Source of the DNA: Microbotryum violaceum
Taxonomy: Eukaryota
DNA: 64,000 nucleotides
Reading direction: 5' to 3'
Assembly: GCA_001244265.2 (NCBI GenBank)
Contig: CDLV01000006.1
Location: forward strand, 1,550,001 to 1,614,000
Shown: piece by piece, positions 37,801-51,538 of the stretch
How the letters are laid out: the number at the start of each line of letters is the position of its first letter
Position numbering within the stretch: position 1 is the first letter of the stretch
The notes under the pieces: model-generated
What the model was told of the DNA's origin: nothing
Database searches by the model: none
Seen by the model: the letters and a program-made list of their open reading frames with translations, nothing else
Made by a program: the position numbers and the translations under genes

Positions 37801-39762
37801 GGAGCCAGGGTCATCTCACTCTTCCTCCTGCGCATCAAGAAAAAGCCTCGGCGAGCGGGGACAGCCATGACGGCCTCTTTCTCCTCGGCGATCAGCTCGA
37901 CGGGAGGGGGATCATCGGCCAGGCAAACAGCGCCGGCTGGCGTCAATGTCGACACCGACGCTTGCTTGACGTGAGCTGGGACGGCGATAGTCGTGGGCTC
38001 AGTCGCATGGGAAACAATATCTTCGTCCTTAAGCTCGACGGGCGAGGCAAGGCCGAGGTCCACCGGGGATTCCTCGACGTCCATCGTCGGGAATGGAATA
38101 GGATCTGCCAAGGCTGGTAGGCCCTTTTCGGGCTCGGACTTCTTGACATCATTGCCGTAAGCGGAAGCAGGCGACGTCGGCATCGAAAAGTTGAACATCG
38201 TGTGGTCCGTCCTGGACATCGAGCTTGTGAAATCTGGCGTCGAGCTGGCGGCGGTCGAGGCGTCATTGCTCGAGCGAGTGTAGGTCGACGAGTGCTCACT
38301 GGGGAGCTCATCGCCGTCAAAGCTGTTGCCGCCCGAATTCGTTTCGAACGAGGCCTTGGACAGGGGAAGGGAGGTCGTTAGGGGTGGGTGAGGGGGTCCA
38401 TTCGAATCGGCGTTGCGTGAATCGTACAATCCGAGACCTCTGACCTCCTCCCCATCTTCCGTCGTTTCGACAACGGGCAGTTTGCTGAAACGGTCCGTCG
38501 CCAAGTCGGCCTTGGTCGCTTGGGCAGCGAGCTCATCCTCCTCGACAACAAGCGGCGTATCTGCCGCGGAGAACGCCTCGATGGGTGGGATGGGGAACGA
38601 CAAGAAGTTATCCGAGCGCCTGGTCGCGTCCGATACGGCCGAAGTGACCCGCCTGTGCAATTCTTCGTCGCTCGAAGAGGCTTCGTTATCCGCGTAGGAC
38701 GCCAGGTCCCGGAACGAGGGAAAGTCGGAGATGTCGAACTCGTCCGAATCTTTCGACTTGGACGAGTTGATGCTTGAGACGGACGCGCTCTTGACGAGAG
38801 GAGGAACAGATGCGAGCATTCCGGATTGAGCGGGCTGCTGTGAGTTCGGCGCTCGCAGAATTAGCATGGGTCCGCATCAGGCAGAATAGGGAGCCGAGCG
38901 AACTCACTACTACCGCCGCTTCGTTGTTAGGCTTGGTCGCCATCAACTCAGCAAAGTCGTACGTCTTCCAATCGAGTCCATCCGGGCCGAGAGAGACGCG
39001 GTTGAGCGGAAAGTCGTTTAACGACGACGGCTGCAAATTCCTCATGTCAAGCGTCGCACTGCCATGCTCCTGAGCGTTATCAGCGTCGTGTCCGCTTTCG
39101 TCGCTGAGCGTTTCCTGGGCGTCTTGCTCGTGTCGAGCCAACTCTTCATCCAGATTCGACGGGGTCGCGAGCACGAACGAAGCGCGAGTTGGAAACCCGA
39201 TGCACTCAAGCGAGGCGAGCTGGTAGTCGAGCATGGCGAGACTATTGCGCAGGTCGCTGTCTAGCAAATGGGACGGCGCCGACAATGTTGGTTTCGCGGT
39301 CGTTTCTACGTCATCGGTCTCGTTATCGCTATCCGAAGCATCGTCGGACGAATGAGCTTCGTCTGCAAAGACAGGGTGAGGCTTGCTCGAAGACGAGGAC
39401 GAGGTTGGGGACGAGAAGGCGTAGACGCCCGGCGAGGGGTTGGAATCGATCGAAACCCGGGGCACCGTCGCCTGAGACGTCGCCAAACTCGACACGGCAA
39501 ATAATCCAGTCGGCGAAGGGACCGAAGACTCGTCCTGATACAAGCTGTCGTGCGATGTCGGCGACGTCGGCGAAGACCCGTTGCTATTGCTGTTGATCTG
39601 CTCGCGCAGCTGCGCCCTCGATCGCTTCGAGAAGAGCAGACTCAGCTTGCTCTTGCTCTTGCGCAGGGTCGTACCAGACGGAGGCAAGCCGGTTCTTTGG
39701 GCCGAGTCGTCATCGGAAAGTTGATCGACGGACGAGATACCACCCGTCTTGTCAATCCGCAT
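34885..39762 (-). CDS. Large Ser/Pro-rich protein with C-terminal Ras-association-like and PH domains
   Basis: Long ORFs joined by GT-AG introns. RA-like segment YRIYI...FSLWEVCKQLGLERPVREYELVTDVLKTW. PH-like segment RKWTKRYIEVRDGNVTHAK...APKSFCFALKS...WMKTITEAR. Start approximate, with a likely upstream intron at 39764-39855. Confidence 0.8.
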
Positions 39763-41164
39763 GCTGCGGTAGGCGTGGATAGCATCGTCAGTCTGCGTTG
39801 CAATCTCCGGCGCGCGAAGACAAACAAGCCGCTGCAGCGGGGCTCTCGAACTCACGTGCTTGTCTCGGGCTTGGTGCGCGCGAAAGGAGGCGAAGGAGGA
39901 TGAGAGGACAGCGAGAGGAGCTAGGTTACAAAGCAGTGTGGTAGTGTAAAACGAGTGTGGTGTAGTTGGTCGAATCGGGGTGAGGATAGATGCAGTCCTA
40001 GAAGAGTACGGAACCCAACCTTATATCGTAGATCCGCCGTCGATGTCTGTAGCCTGCTCTGGCTAGAGAATGATGGTCGTTTGTTTACTCCCATTTTGGG
40101 CGGGCGGGCTGCGCGCCGGGACGCGTCGCGCGACGGAGACTGCGTCAGCACGAGGCTCCTCGAGCATGCATCGAGCTCGCGTCGAATTGGAGCGACAGGT
40201 ACTAAGGTTTACCGCTATGGCTATATCCACATGCCTAGAGACCTTGGTACCTGCCAAGACGAACTCACATCACAAGCAAGATCTCCACACACTTGGTAGG
40301 TATCTACATACTGGTACCAGCGCTCTGCAGTAGACGAAGTTGACTTTGACGAGGACGCCCTGCTGAATAATGGTCGAAACGCTCTACAAAAAGCCTTCAC
40401 ATACCATCTCATGAAAAACAGACCGTGGCACTATGTTGTACTTAGCGTTGACTACCTATGTGCACACTTGCAGGCTTCAATCTACGGAGAAGTATTTTTC
40501 GGCATCGTTCTGGTGCTCAAGCTCAAGCTCAACATCAAACACAAATTAGGACTCAGGTACTCAGGTCCTAGCGAGCCGCACCTAAAATGATCTAGAACTG
40601 AGAAAACGGCGTTCTGGGGAACAAGAAGCTCGCATGAGTCAGTGACACGTCAGATATTTCGGGTTGACTCGGACTGGCCTGAGCGAGCGTGAGGCCAAGC
40701 CCGCATTGAAGCCCCTGTCAGATCGATCGGTGATCGGATGCAGACTTCACACTGCAGTTGGAGCTTGACCACCAAGAAAGAAGCGGAGAAGCTTATTCGG
40801 GTCTCTTATTTCGTGCCCATGTAGGCCCATATCGTCTGACTCTACCCGAGTTCCCATCAGTGTAGAACTTCCATCACCCCTGCTCTTCACCTTGAAAGTA
40901 GAATGGCGACTGGCTGAGCGACTCGATTTGGCGTCCTGTCAGCGCGTTAGCGGTCGGCAGCAGTCGGCAAGCTCGAAGGGACTTCAAAGGGTCAAAGGGT
41001 CTCAAAAGGGCTCAAAAGGCTGGGCACGGGACCAGGCGAGACATGGGCTGGCGCATCTCGCTCTCCTTCCAACCCAGCCCGTGTCCTCAGCTACAAACGT
41101 CACATCTAACTCCTTCGACTCTCTAGATCCGAGTAGCGTACTCGACCCTGCGGTCGTAGGACAC

Positions 41165-42979
41165 ATGGCGTCGTACCTGAGACTGCCCTTTGGTTCCTCA
41201 GCCTCGGGCTCATCAGCCGCCGGCTCAGGTTCGGCGTCGTCAGCCCATCGAGCGCGGACGGTCCCCACTCCCGACTTTGGCGCCTTTGATCTTGAACATG
41301 ACGACGAAGATGGCAGCGATGAAGACGGCGATGATCATCACGAAGGTAGACACATGCTCTCCACCTCACATCTGACGGCAACGCAGGCTGGATCGATTCG
41401 GCTCGGCGACGATACGACGGACCCGCTGACGCAACATCAGCGGCAACACATCGGTGGGGACCGCTCTTCGACTGCCGTGACCGTGAATCACCATGCGACT
41501 TCGTCTTCACCCACAGCAACCTTCACCATCACCCGCATCCCAGGGGCGTACGACTTTGAGCCGCAACCGCACCACGGCGGAGGAGGAGGGGGTTCTGCAG
41601 GTACGCCGCTTTCGCCGCAACCGAGACTGGGGCGCGTGGTCAGTCATTCCGGACCTGGGGGCATGGGCATGTCCGCGAACAACCCGTCTGGCAACGATGC
41701 GAACAATCGAGATACAAGATCGCTACGAAATCGCTTCATGCCGTCGGCGCTGTACGCTCGCATCAACCGCTCCGATATTGACGACTCGCCCGAGCAAGAC
41801 GGTCTTCTCTTTGATCAGGACGAGGTTGATTCCGAGCATCGCACCTCGACCACCTCACCGATGGCATCGACCTATCCACCCTCTCGAGTACCCGGTATCG
41901 GCTCTCTTCATGTCCCACTGCCGGCGAGAGCGCCTCAGTTCGGGGCACCGACCCCGTCGTCGGGGGCTGGCGGACGCATCTACGGAGGTGGTCAGGCGAA
42001 TGATGGCGTGTTTGGCAATCTGAGCGCCAAGCCCGATGGGTACCCGCGGGGTAGTGATTATGTCGGTGGCGACGAGTCTGGAGGTGACAAGGATGAGATC
42101 CTGCCGGTGAGTCAAAGTTCAAAGTCCAAGGATCGACAGGGTGTCGAGGCCCCGTGCTGAGCCCCTTGCTGCTTCGTGCTTCGGACAGTCCTACACGGCC
42201 GCAGCTCTCGATTCGACTCCGCCGTATTGGGAAACGACCGTCGTCACCCCAGGAGGTGTGCTTGGGCCGGACGACATCCATGTTGATGGACTGCCCGTCG
42301 GCAACCTCTTTGGGTTCATGTGGAATCTGCTCGTCTCGATGTCGTTCCAATTTGTCGGCTTCCTCCTGACCTACCTACTGCACACGACCCATGCCGCCAA
42401 ACATGGCTCTCGTGCCGGTTTGGGTATCACGATGATGCAACTCGGCTTCTACCTCAAGCAACAGGCCGATCACCCGGAGCTTTTGATGATGCAGATCAAT
42501 GGCTCGATGCCAAACCCGATGGACGTGCCGATGGACGACGGGGCGGGCACGAGATGGTCATGGTGGGGAGGTGTCTCGACCGACGCGATCGATGGTCTCA
42601 ATGAAACAGTTGCTGCGACGGCGACGGCGACTTCGGCTGCGTTCGGCTCGATCCCGACGCAGATTGGCAATGGGATCAGTGGGGCGCTGAACGCGAGTGA
42701 TCCAGACGGGTTTCCTTCTTTGACGGGCAACGTTAATGCCGGGGACTTTGTGCGCATGTCGACGAATGCGAATGAGTGGATGGCGTTCATTATGGTCACC
42801 ATCGGCGTGAGTGCAGCAGCGTGCCCGAAATGTGTGGGATGTTCTTGACTGATGGATTGTCTCTGCTCATCGCTTGCCAGGCCTTCTTGTTCGTCGGGGG
42901 ATGTCTGAGTTACTGGCGAGCAGTGCGTTGGGCTCGAGCCATCTCACAGAATCGAGGCCCCGGGATGACCGAGGCCTGA
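41165..42979 (+). CDS. BSD2: Metal homeostasis / Rsp5-Nedd4 adaptor Bsd2 (NDFIP family), 3 exons
   Basis: NDGVFGNLSAKP, PY motifs LP|SY and PPYWETT, and DGLPVGNLFGFMWNLLVSMSFQFVGFLLTYLLHTTHAAKHGSRAGLG. Confidence 0.92.
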
Positions 42980-43276
42980 GCGCCTGAGGGCTCAGGGATT
43001 GCGTCTGTCGTTCTCTGTGTTGTTAGTATTGTAGTGTAGGAATTCGCTCGTTGCCCTCTTCGCATTTCTTTTGATTTTGGTTCCAATCCGCGCGATCCGT
43101 CTTCTTGTAACATAACACAGCGATGCGGTGCCCCGTTCATTTCCGCTCACCTGGCATGGGCCGGGGGTTCAAGAGGTCCGAGTACGGCTGTGATGGTCAA
43201 CGGCGCGGGCAAGTGCGCTGCGAATCAGGCACTCGCGGACTTGAACTCCTGCCGATCGACTACCTTACCCGCAAGC

Positions 43277-44095
43277 ATGGCCTCGCTATTCTACCAAGTC
43301 ACACGGCGGGCGATCCTGTCCCCCTCACTATTTTGCTCAGTAGGCCCCTCATCGCTCGTCAGTTCGAGCAGTCGTGGCTTCTCATCGACGAGCGCGACGC
43401 CCAAGCCCAGCGGGGAGAAGGGTCCCCAGGGTCATACACAACAAATGACCGACCTGCTCAACGAGGTCGATTTTGACGGGTCGATCCAAGGTGTGTACAG
43501 TGTGATGGTTGGGTCCGGAGAGGCGTTTTGGATGGTGTGCAGTGACTGATCGTTCACATCCTCATCCTTATGTTCCAACACACCACTGCGCTACGCTCCC
43601 CTCCCCTTCAACCTCGCGATCAGACCCTTCGAACCTGTTGAACCACCTGTCCAGCAAAGAACTCCACGTGATCTCCCCCTCGCGTCTGAGCCCACGCTAT
43701 CTCCTGATCCCTTACCTCCCGCAACCGGACCGTTCGCTCGCGTACCCTCTCGGACCTCCCAAATCCGAAGCGCTTCGTCTGGACCCTTTCGTGCGCCTCA
43801 ACATCGACCCTTTGGCCAGCCCGATGAACCCTTATTTGAGGAGCGAGTATTGTACGAGTATGGGCAAGATCAAAGGGAGGGGCAAGACCGGTTTGCAGAG
43901 GAGGTCTCAGAGGAGGCTGGGCAAGGCGGTGAGGAGGGCGAGGGTCAGTGAGGATTCGTTTGGGACCGTTGCAGGTGATGGTCGTGTATGTGCTGATCTC
44001 TGGGTTTGTTTCTCGGTGCTCATCGACAGTCTATGGGTATCATCCCGACGTTCGGCATCAGTTTGCCCGCCGATGGAAGCTATCAGGCTCAGTGA
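43277..44095 (+). CDS. RSM18: Mitochondrial ribosomal protein bS18m, 3 exons
   Basis: Arg/Ser-rich presequence (RGFSSTS) and DPFVRLNIDPL...NPYLRSEYCTSMGKIKGRGKTGLQRRSQRRLGKAVRRAR|SMGIIP, which is the S18 signature. Confidence 0.9.
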
Positions 44096-44501
44096 GAGAT
44101 GGATCGAGAAAAGAAGATGCAATACAGTTTCAGGTTATGTTTATGACCGTATTAATGCTAGGGAGATGCCCCACAACGACGGTGATTCAGAGGAAGATAA
44201 GCAACTTCGATCATATCGGCAGGTGAAAATTTGCCCTGCTTCAAAGCAAGCACGACGGACGAGGATGCTGGGCTAAACTGTGAAAGAACCAAGGTCTGGC
44301 TTCAGAGAGTGTAGAAAGCATCCACCGGGAATGGGACCTGGGAGGCGAAGACTTTATTTGTTGGAGCAAGGTGTCCGGGGGAAGCCAAGAACGCTTGAGA
44401 AGGCTCGGTCCGAACTCGCGCGTGCCGCTGTGGCCGTCTTCTGTCTTGCTCCAGCCCCTTTCCTGCCCTCAACTGGTCAAAACTCAAAGCCCTCGCACAC
44501 C

Positions 44502-47500
44502 ATGTCGGCCTGGTTGGCCCGACTGGCTGTGGGCTCACCGTCGAGCTCGTCCTCGTCCTCGCGTCGAGTCAGTCAGTCCAGTCCAGCGTCGACGTCAACC
44601 TCGGCGCCGGCAGCTGGCTCGTCGTCGCCTTCGTCGTCTGCTTCGGCGTCGCGTTTGGGCGGTGGGGCGGCTGCTGCTGGCACTGGCACTGGCACTGGCA
44701 CTGGCAACAGCACCCGTGCGACCGACGAACAAGCGTTGGCTTCGTTCGTTCGTACGTGGGAGTTGATCAAAGTCAGTGATCCCCTACCCGGTTCATGCTG
44801 ATATAGTGGTGCGGACGTCATGGCCCGCGTGTCTGGCGCTCCTCTGCCCCATCTGACACGTGACCTGCCGCTGACCCGACCTCTGGACCCATGCACAGAC
44901 CTCCCTCAGCCTGCCGTCGGCCCAGCGGGCGTCCACGCTCTTCAATGACCTCACCTACGCCCTTGACCACCTCCTCCAGCTCCTCAAATCCGAACAAACC
45001 CTCCTCCAGTCGTCAACGCGCACGGGCGATTCCCCCGCGCTGGGCCCATGCCTCGAACACCTGTTGAAGCATGCGATCCTCGCTTCCCTCGTCAAGCTCG
45101 TCCTGGAGGGGCAACAGCCTCGTGGGGTTAGGACCCGATTCATCGAATGGATCAACAGGGTAATCCATCAGCTGGATGAAGGGTTCCTCATCCATGGCGC
45201 AGTCAACAAGCCGCTGTGAGTCGGCCCTCGGCTATCGGCGGCCCCTCATTCCCAGCTCGGGAAGGAAACCTCCTCGCTGACACGGCAAGGCCCATGCAGA
45301 CTCAAGCTTCTACGGACTTGCGTCGACTCGGATGGAGGGCTGTATCGCGATGAAGAGCTCGCGGTCGTGCAAGTCATGGCTAGCATTTGCGAGAGGATAC
45401 GGGCGGTAGGTCATTCGTTCCGGTTTAGACGCCCCGCTGGCCACGCTGACGAGTCGGAGCGGTTTGCTACAGTATCCACAACTGCTGGCCATCTTTCTTC
45501 GTGAAAAGGTACCGTCCAGTATCCGCCGAGGTTCGGCATCCCACCAATATCCCCGCTCGCTCGCCTCCATCACCGTCACCGCCGACGATTCTTCCTCCCC
45601 TCGGCCCGTTTCGCCAACCCCCTCCACCTCAAGCCTCGGTTCCGTCACCTCGCCATCTCTGTCCCAAGTCTCGTCCTCGGGACTGCGTACAACAAGAGAA
45701 CACGACTTCCTCCTCTTTGCCTACCTGCTCCGATTTGGGCATCGTGAAGGCCAACTCGGCGATCAAGCTCGGCTCGGTTTGCTCCACCTGGTCGAAGTGG
45801 CGATCGAACCGCTCGCGACCATGCATGGCGACTCGGGAATTCGTCGCTCCGATACTATGGGGGCGCCGACCCCCGAGATGTACGCCTCATCGTCTTCGAA
45901 GCAACCCTTGTCGACGCCGATTTCGACGTCCGCTATCGAGGCTCGGCTCGCTTTTGCCGAATTTTTGCTCGATTCTGACTTCGCTGATGTTCTGGGTGCC
46001 GGCTTAGGTGCGTTGTACGGTCTTCTTCCGAGCAAGCTTATTGTTCGTTCGAGGGAAACGACCGGACCAAGCACTGCCTCAGTCGAAGCTATGAGTTCGG
46101 GCGGCGTGGGGGGTGGTGGTGGCGTTCTTGGAGGTATGGGTTCATTGATTGAGGATGAAGACGAAGAAGCCTTGCAGCGACGGAGAGAAGAAGAGGAGGC
46201 GAGATTATTGAGTCTCGGTTTCGGTCTGACGGGGACGGACGACTTTCGACAAAACTTTGATGGGTTCCTCAAACCTTTCGAGTTTATCCAAGAAGTCGTG
46301 CAAAAAGTTGATGCTGCGATACAGGCGACCAAAGTCATCCACCTTCATGATGAAGAGCTTGACGATCCGATGGCGAGACAACACCGACTCGTCATCTCGG
46401 CGCTTCCTTCGACGATCTTGTCTTCGCTCAAGATGTCGTTCCTCCAGAGTGTGCTGTACCCTTCGATTCTCGAATGCGACGAGACGGATGGTTCGGCGGT
46501 GGCCGTCATGACTTACCTCGACGCACTGCTGGACGTGATCGACGAAGGCACATCATTGGAAGCGTGTTTGCTCGGCTTCCTTATGGGAGAAGAGGACGAC
46601 GTTGACACCAAAGTCCGTCAAGAGCGTCGAAGAGGGCTCGAGATTGATTCTCCCCTTCTTCAGGGGTCACCAATGCCGCATACCCCGGCCGACGCGTCGT
46701 CCAACTTTCTTTCGCCGAATCGAATCTCGACCAAAATGTCCTTGCAGAGGGTCAAGAGGCGCAAGTCAAACGCTTTGATTCTGCTCGAGAAGAGTACGGA
46801 GAAGGGTTCGGCGGCACACGCTTCCTACTTTACTTCGTATGGCCGCTTCACGCTCAAGGACATGTTGGTCACCAATTTGCATTCGACGAGTCAACCGACT
46901 TCGACTGCGGCGTTGAAGTTGTTACAAACGATGTTGAAACGACATGATCGGTGGAGTATTGGTTTGTTGGATGTCGTACTAGATGATGCGGCGACGAGCT
47001 TCCCGGTCGTTGTGCGACGGGAGGCTCAAGAAGAGGTTGACGTCGAGGACGACGAGTTGGACGTCGAGGAGTTCGTGTATCCTACGATGGATGACTCTTC
47101 ATTGACGTTTTGCGCACCACGAACACCCGGTCGACCGATGGCTCGGATGCTACTTGGGCCGCCCCTTCCTCCGACGCCTTCGATCCAATCGCACACCGAC
47201 ATCGTCGATACGCTTCTTGGTCTCGTAGGCTCGATTGATCCTGCCTATCGCAGAGCACGTGCCGTCGGAGGAGGGTCAGAGATGATCAGCGCGGGCTATG
47301 CGAACTATCTCCGAGATGCGGAAGCAGCCCTTGCAGGCGACTTGGCTTTCAAGCGAGGCTTATCAGCCCGTAACGAGGCGGAGCACGCACCGCCCGTGAA
47401 AACGTCGCCGATACGAACCCGTCTCACGGGCCTGTTCGGAACTGTACACTCAGGAGCCTCGTCCCTTACCCCACGGGACTTTGCTCGAACATCAACAATG

Positions 47501-48763
47501 TACCGCCATCGCATCGACCCGGATTCGTCGGCCGTCGTCGCGCTCGTCCTCGATTCGCTCACCCACTTTTTCTCCCATTCACCGGATTTGAACCTCGCTT
47601 TGACGGGGGTCATCAGCTCGCTGGCAATTTGTCCTTATCGGTCGCTTGATCGATGGCTTTTACCTCCGATCCCGAGCGTCAATACCGAGTCGGATCTTAC
47701 GGGATTTGCGAGGAGAGGAGGGCCGACAACCTCGGGAGAGGATACCCTCAGCGACGATGGGGACGATCGAAGTGTGGACTTTGAGATGGGTTCCCCTGCT
47801 CGTTCGCGGATTTCAGACCCATCGCATTCGATCGAAGCGGATCTCAACCCCTTCATCGCCACCATGACCGCCAACCTCTCTTCAATCCGAAGTCACCTCA
47901 ACGAATCCGATAGCGTACTCGCTATCGTCGATGCCCTAGTCCGTTCAATCCGACACTATCGAGCGACAATTCCCAATTTTGATGCGTGTCTTGCCGAACG
48001 AAGGAAGGTCTTGTTCTTTGTGGACAATCTGGCGGATGCTTTGGCGTTGGACGATCCGGAAGAAGAAGGGTTCAAGGTGCAGAAACCTCTTGCTTCAGTT
48101 CTTACACCGATTGTGGTCAAGCCCACGATGGGGAGGACCAGTTCATTCATGGAAGCCTTGGGGTTCTCATCACCTTCCAAACCCAAGTCAACTCGAGCTG
48201 ACCAACTTCGAGCTCAAGAAACCCTATCCACGCCCCCTACGCAGCGAGAGGAGTTGGGTTCGACACCCTCGCGTAACGGTAGTACGACGACGACGACGGG
48301 GCAGGAGACGGCTTCAAGTCCTTTCGTTGCTCATTATCGACAAACGGGATCGATTACGGTCGAGCCTATCATCGTTTCGACACCGAGGACCAAAAGGGTA
48401 ACTTCGACCTCCCCCATCTTGACGAGGAGTTCGACGAGGTTCGCTTCTTCGACTGACGAAGACGAGGATGATTCTGGCCTAGAAGGGGACGACGACCCTT
48501 CCTCTATCGACGTCTCACCGACCAAACGCATTTCCCCTCTCCCCCGATCCCCTTCCACATGTACGGGCAAGAACGACGACACCACCTCCAGTACATTCTC
48601 CACCACCACCACCGCAGCACCAGCACCCCGACCCGTCCTGAACGTCTCCCTTTCAACAATCTTGGACAACGTCATCGTGTTGGAGGAGTTCATCAAGGAG
48701 TTGGCCGGAGTGGTCGGTGTGAGGAGGAGTATGGGCGTCGATGGCGCGACGTTCTTGACTTAA
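44502..48763 (+). CDS. FHIP/FAM160 (RAI16-like) protein, FTS-Hook-FHIP complex subunit, 4 exons
   Basis: GPCLEHLLKH, FLLFAYLLRFGHREG, SDFADVLGAGLGALY, FLQSVLYPSILEC, FFSHSPDLNLALTGVISSLA and C-terminal LDNVIVLEEFIKEL. Confidence 0.88.
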
Positions 48764-49064
48764 GACTTGATCGTTGAGCTTTCTTCCCTTGTTGCGGATG
48801 GATTCAGTTTGTAGTTTTCCTCCCTTGCAACCTTCGCATCCAGGTTTTCTATCGCCCAAGTGTCATTAAAGCATTCGGAAAGTGTACATACCACAGAAAT
48901 AGTTGGGGAGCAAAGCAGATGCAAGAGGGCGGGAAAGGGGGACGAACAGGGGGGATACTGAGAGTTGCTAGGTGATTGAGAACAGAGTGATCTATAAAAG
49001 GGGCCACCTGGTGACAGAAAAGACAACTCTTACCGCGTGGAAGGATCCTCTTGGTGATCCTTCC

Positions 49065-50801
49065 TTACTGCGCCTTCCCACCTCCGGCCTTCTTCGCTGC
49101 CTTCTCGGCCCTCTGATTCGACCTAAACGCATGGTACTTCTTATCCGTTCCAAAGAGCGCATCCAGCCACCTGAACGAGGTCGAATAACAGTCCGCGAAC
49201 GATTGATGATGATAATCATGGTGATCGGCGCCGGCCCAGAAGGGGAGAATCTTGTTGAGCGACCAAGGAAAGTCGTATCCGGAGTGCGCGTCGATGGCTT
49301 GGAATAGACGGAGCATGATCCAGATATACATGGTGATGAGATGCATGTTGCCGCCGGACAGCCAGCACCAGAGAAGAGGGGAACCGACGGTACCGAGACC
49401 CAAGACCATGACCTGTGATTGGGGAATTGACTCAGTCGGTCTGTTCATTTATTCGCGATTTTATCTCGGACCCACCTCGATAGGGTGTGCATATTCAGCG
49501 GCGAGACCGAACGGGGCCGAGAACTCGTGGTGCATCTGCATGGAATGGAAACCCTGGTCTATCAGCTGGAGTTCCTTATGGTAGATACCACCTCGTGCCA
49601 TGCGCACCTTGTGGATGTGCTTGTAGAGTCGCTTGTGGTGCAGGATACGGTGAGCAAAGTAGTGCCATGCGTCCTCCATGACGAAGAAGAGGGCGAGCTG
49701 CGGCGGGATCCATGCAAAAGGGTTAGCTACGGAAGGTAAGGAACCAAAGCCAAGAAGGACTTGCTTGGTAGAAAATTGTGCCAATCTTGGGGAAGGGGAC
49801 TTCATGTGCCTTCATTCCGACGCTGGCGGCCATGGCTGCACCCGAGCAAGATCAGCCAGGTGATTTGGTCCAGTGAGTATTCGACGTCCGAGCTCACGAT
49901 GGAAGAGGTAGATCTGTGCAAAGCAGAGCAAAATCAGTTTCCTGCGACGAAGGGGTAGAACACGTGACGGGCCGAATGTGGCGAACGCACCTGAGGCAAT
50001 TCGACGGAGAAGTGTGTCTTTAGGACCATCTTTGTGCATTCCCATTGTTGCCTGGCCGTCGGAATCTTGGTCTTCGAGGGACGAAAATGCGTCAATGCAG
50101 GCGACAGTGAGCACTTGGCCGTAGACGCGATTCGCGGGCGACGAGAGTATAGGGGGTGTGCACTAACCTCTTGGAGTTTGTATTGGTCAAAGTACCGGAT
50201 TTGACCGATGATAACCCACGGGATGCATCGACCAAAGTAGACGACCTGCGTAGAGTACAACGCAGGGGAAGATCGCGTCCGGCGAGAGGACTGGTTGGGT
50301 TAGCGCGATGCCGAGCTGGGCCCAAACGAGGTCCGAGCGCGCGCTAGTTTGGCTGCGAATGCAGGAGTACGCCGAGACTTACCTCGTGCATCAGGAAGGC
50401 CATGATACCTGTAGTCGATGTGAGACAACGGTTCGGAGAGGTAATGATCAGTGTTGTGTACCCCCGGAGACAGACAGACTAGCAGCTTGCATCGCGGTCG
50501 CAGCGGCACGTCGGGTGTCGCGCATTACCCGGAATTCGCCACGAAACATCGCCTACGGTCGGCGTTGGTGCGAGCTCAAGATAGAACGCCCCGACTGACC
50601 CGTAGCAATAATAGGATTCCCCCAGTAGAGGTACCAATCCATCCACAGCTTCTCGAAGATGTTCAAGCTCGCGACATCGACGCCGGGATAGAGATCGTGC
50701 GACACGGGCTTCGTCGCCGTGACCGCGAGATTAAACAGGGTGTGGCCGGCCTGCATCGAGTTGTTGTACAACTGCGTGTAGACAGATGTGACGACCGACA
50801 T
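49065..50801 (-). CDS. ERG25: C-4 methylsterol oxidase, 9 exons
   Basis: [73 protein letters not shown] and HHDYHH histidine boxes. Confidence 0.97.
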
Positions 50802-51538
50802 GATGTAACGCGATGGGGTATACGCGCGAATGGGTGTGGTGGCAAGGAAGTAAAGAGGCGCCCAAGTGGGCTGTGGGTGTGCGTGCACCTGCAGTGGCGC
50901 TTGGGGCAAGTTCTCCCGAACATCGCAGGCCCGCCCGTGGTTTCGCCCGAGGTAAATCGCGACGGCTGTTCCGCCCGACGCGAGCATCGCGCCACGAGCA
51001 GTCTGACTCGCGCTGGCAGCAGCGCTGCCACTGGGCACGTGCAAAATAAAGCTGCAGCGAACACTTCCAATAGAAGCTCGGTCCGTCGGAAATCTGTGCC
51101 TAGTTTTGACCTGGGTCATGTTCTTTCCTCTCTTTGTGCAGCCTTGAACTTATTAGCATTTCAGAAGCCGCATCACTGCCAGTGCTCGGTCCAAATTGCC
51201 GAGGGCTGAGAAATTGGTTGATTAGTCATCATCAATTTTGGGTCTCGCCCCTGACAAGGCCCTGATAGGCCTCGAACAGCGACGCCGAGTCGATTACTAG
51301 CCTACTATAGAACTTCGAGCTAGTTGACGACCGACCCAAGCTCAATCCTCTCAAGCGGACGGAAGCCAAGTGAGCACTATATGGCTTAATCGTAGAATCA
51401 CGTCATATACTCGATTCAATCGAAAATGCATAGCACATCATCACCACCCATTTGACCCCTCGCAAAAAGCGTTGACGATTCCTGGACCTAGTGGTCGAAC
51501 ATCGCCGTTCCTTTCATCCACTCGAAAGGTACACACCA

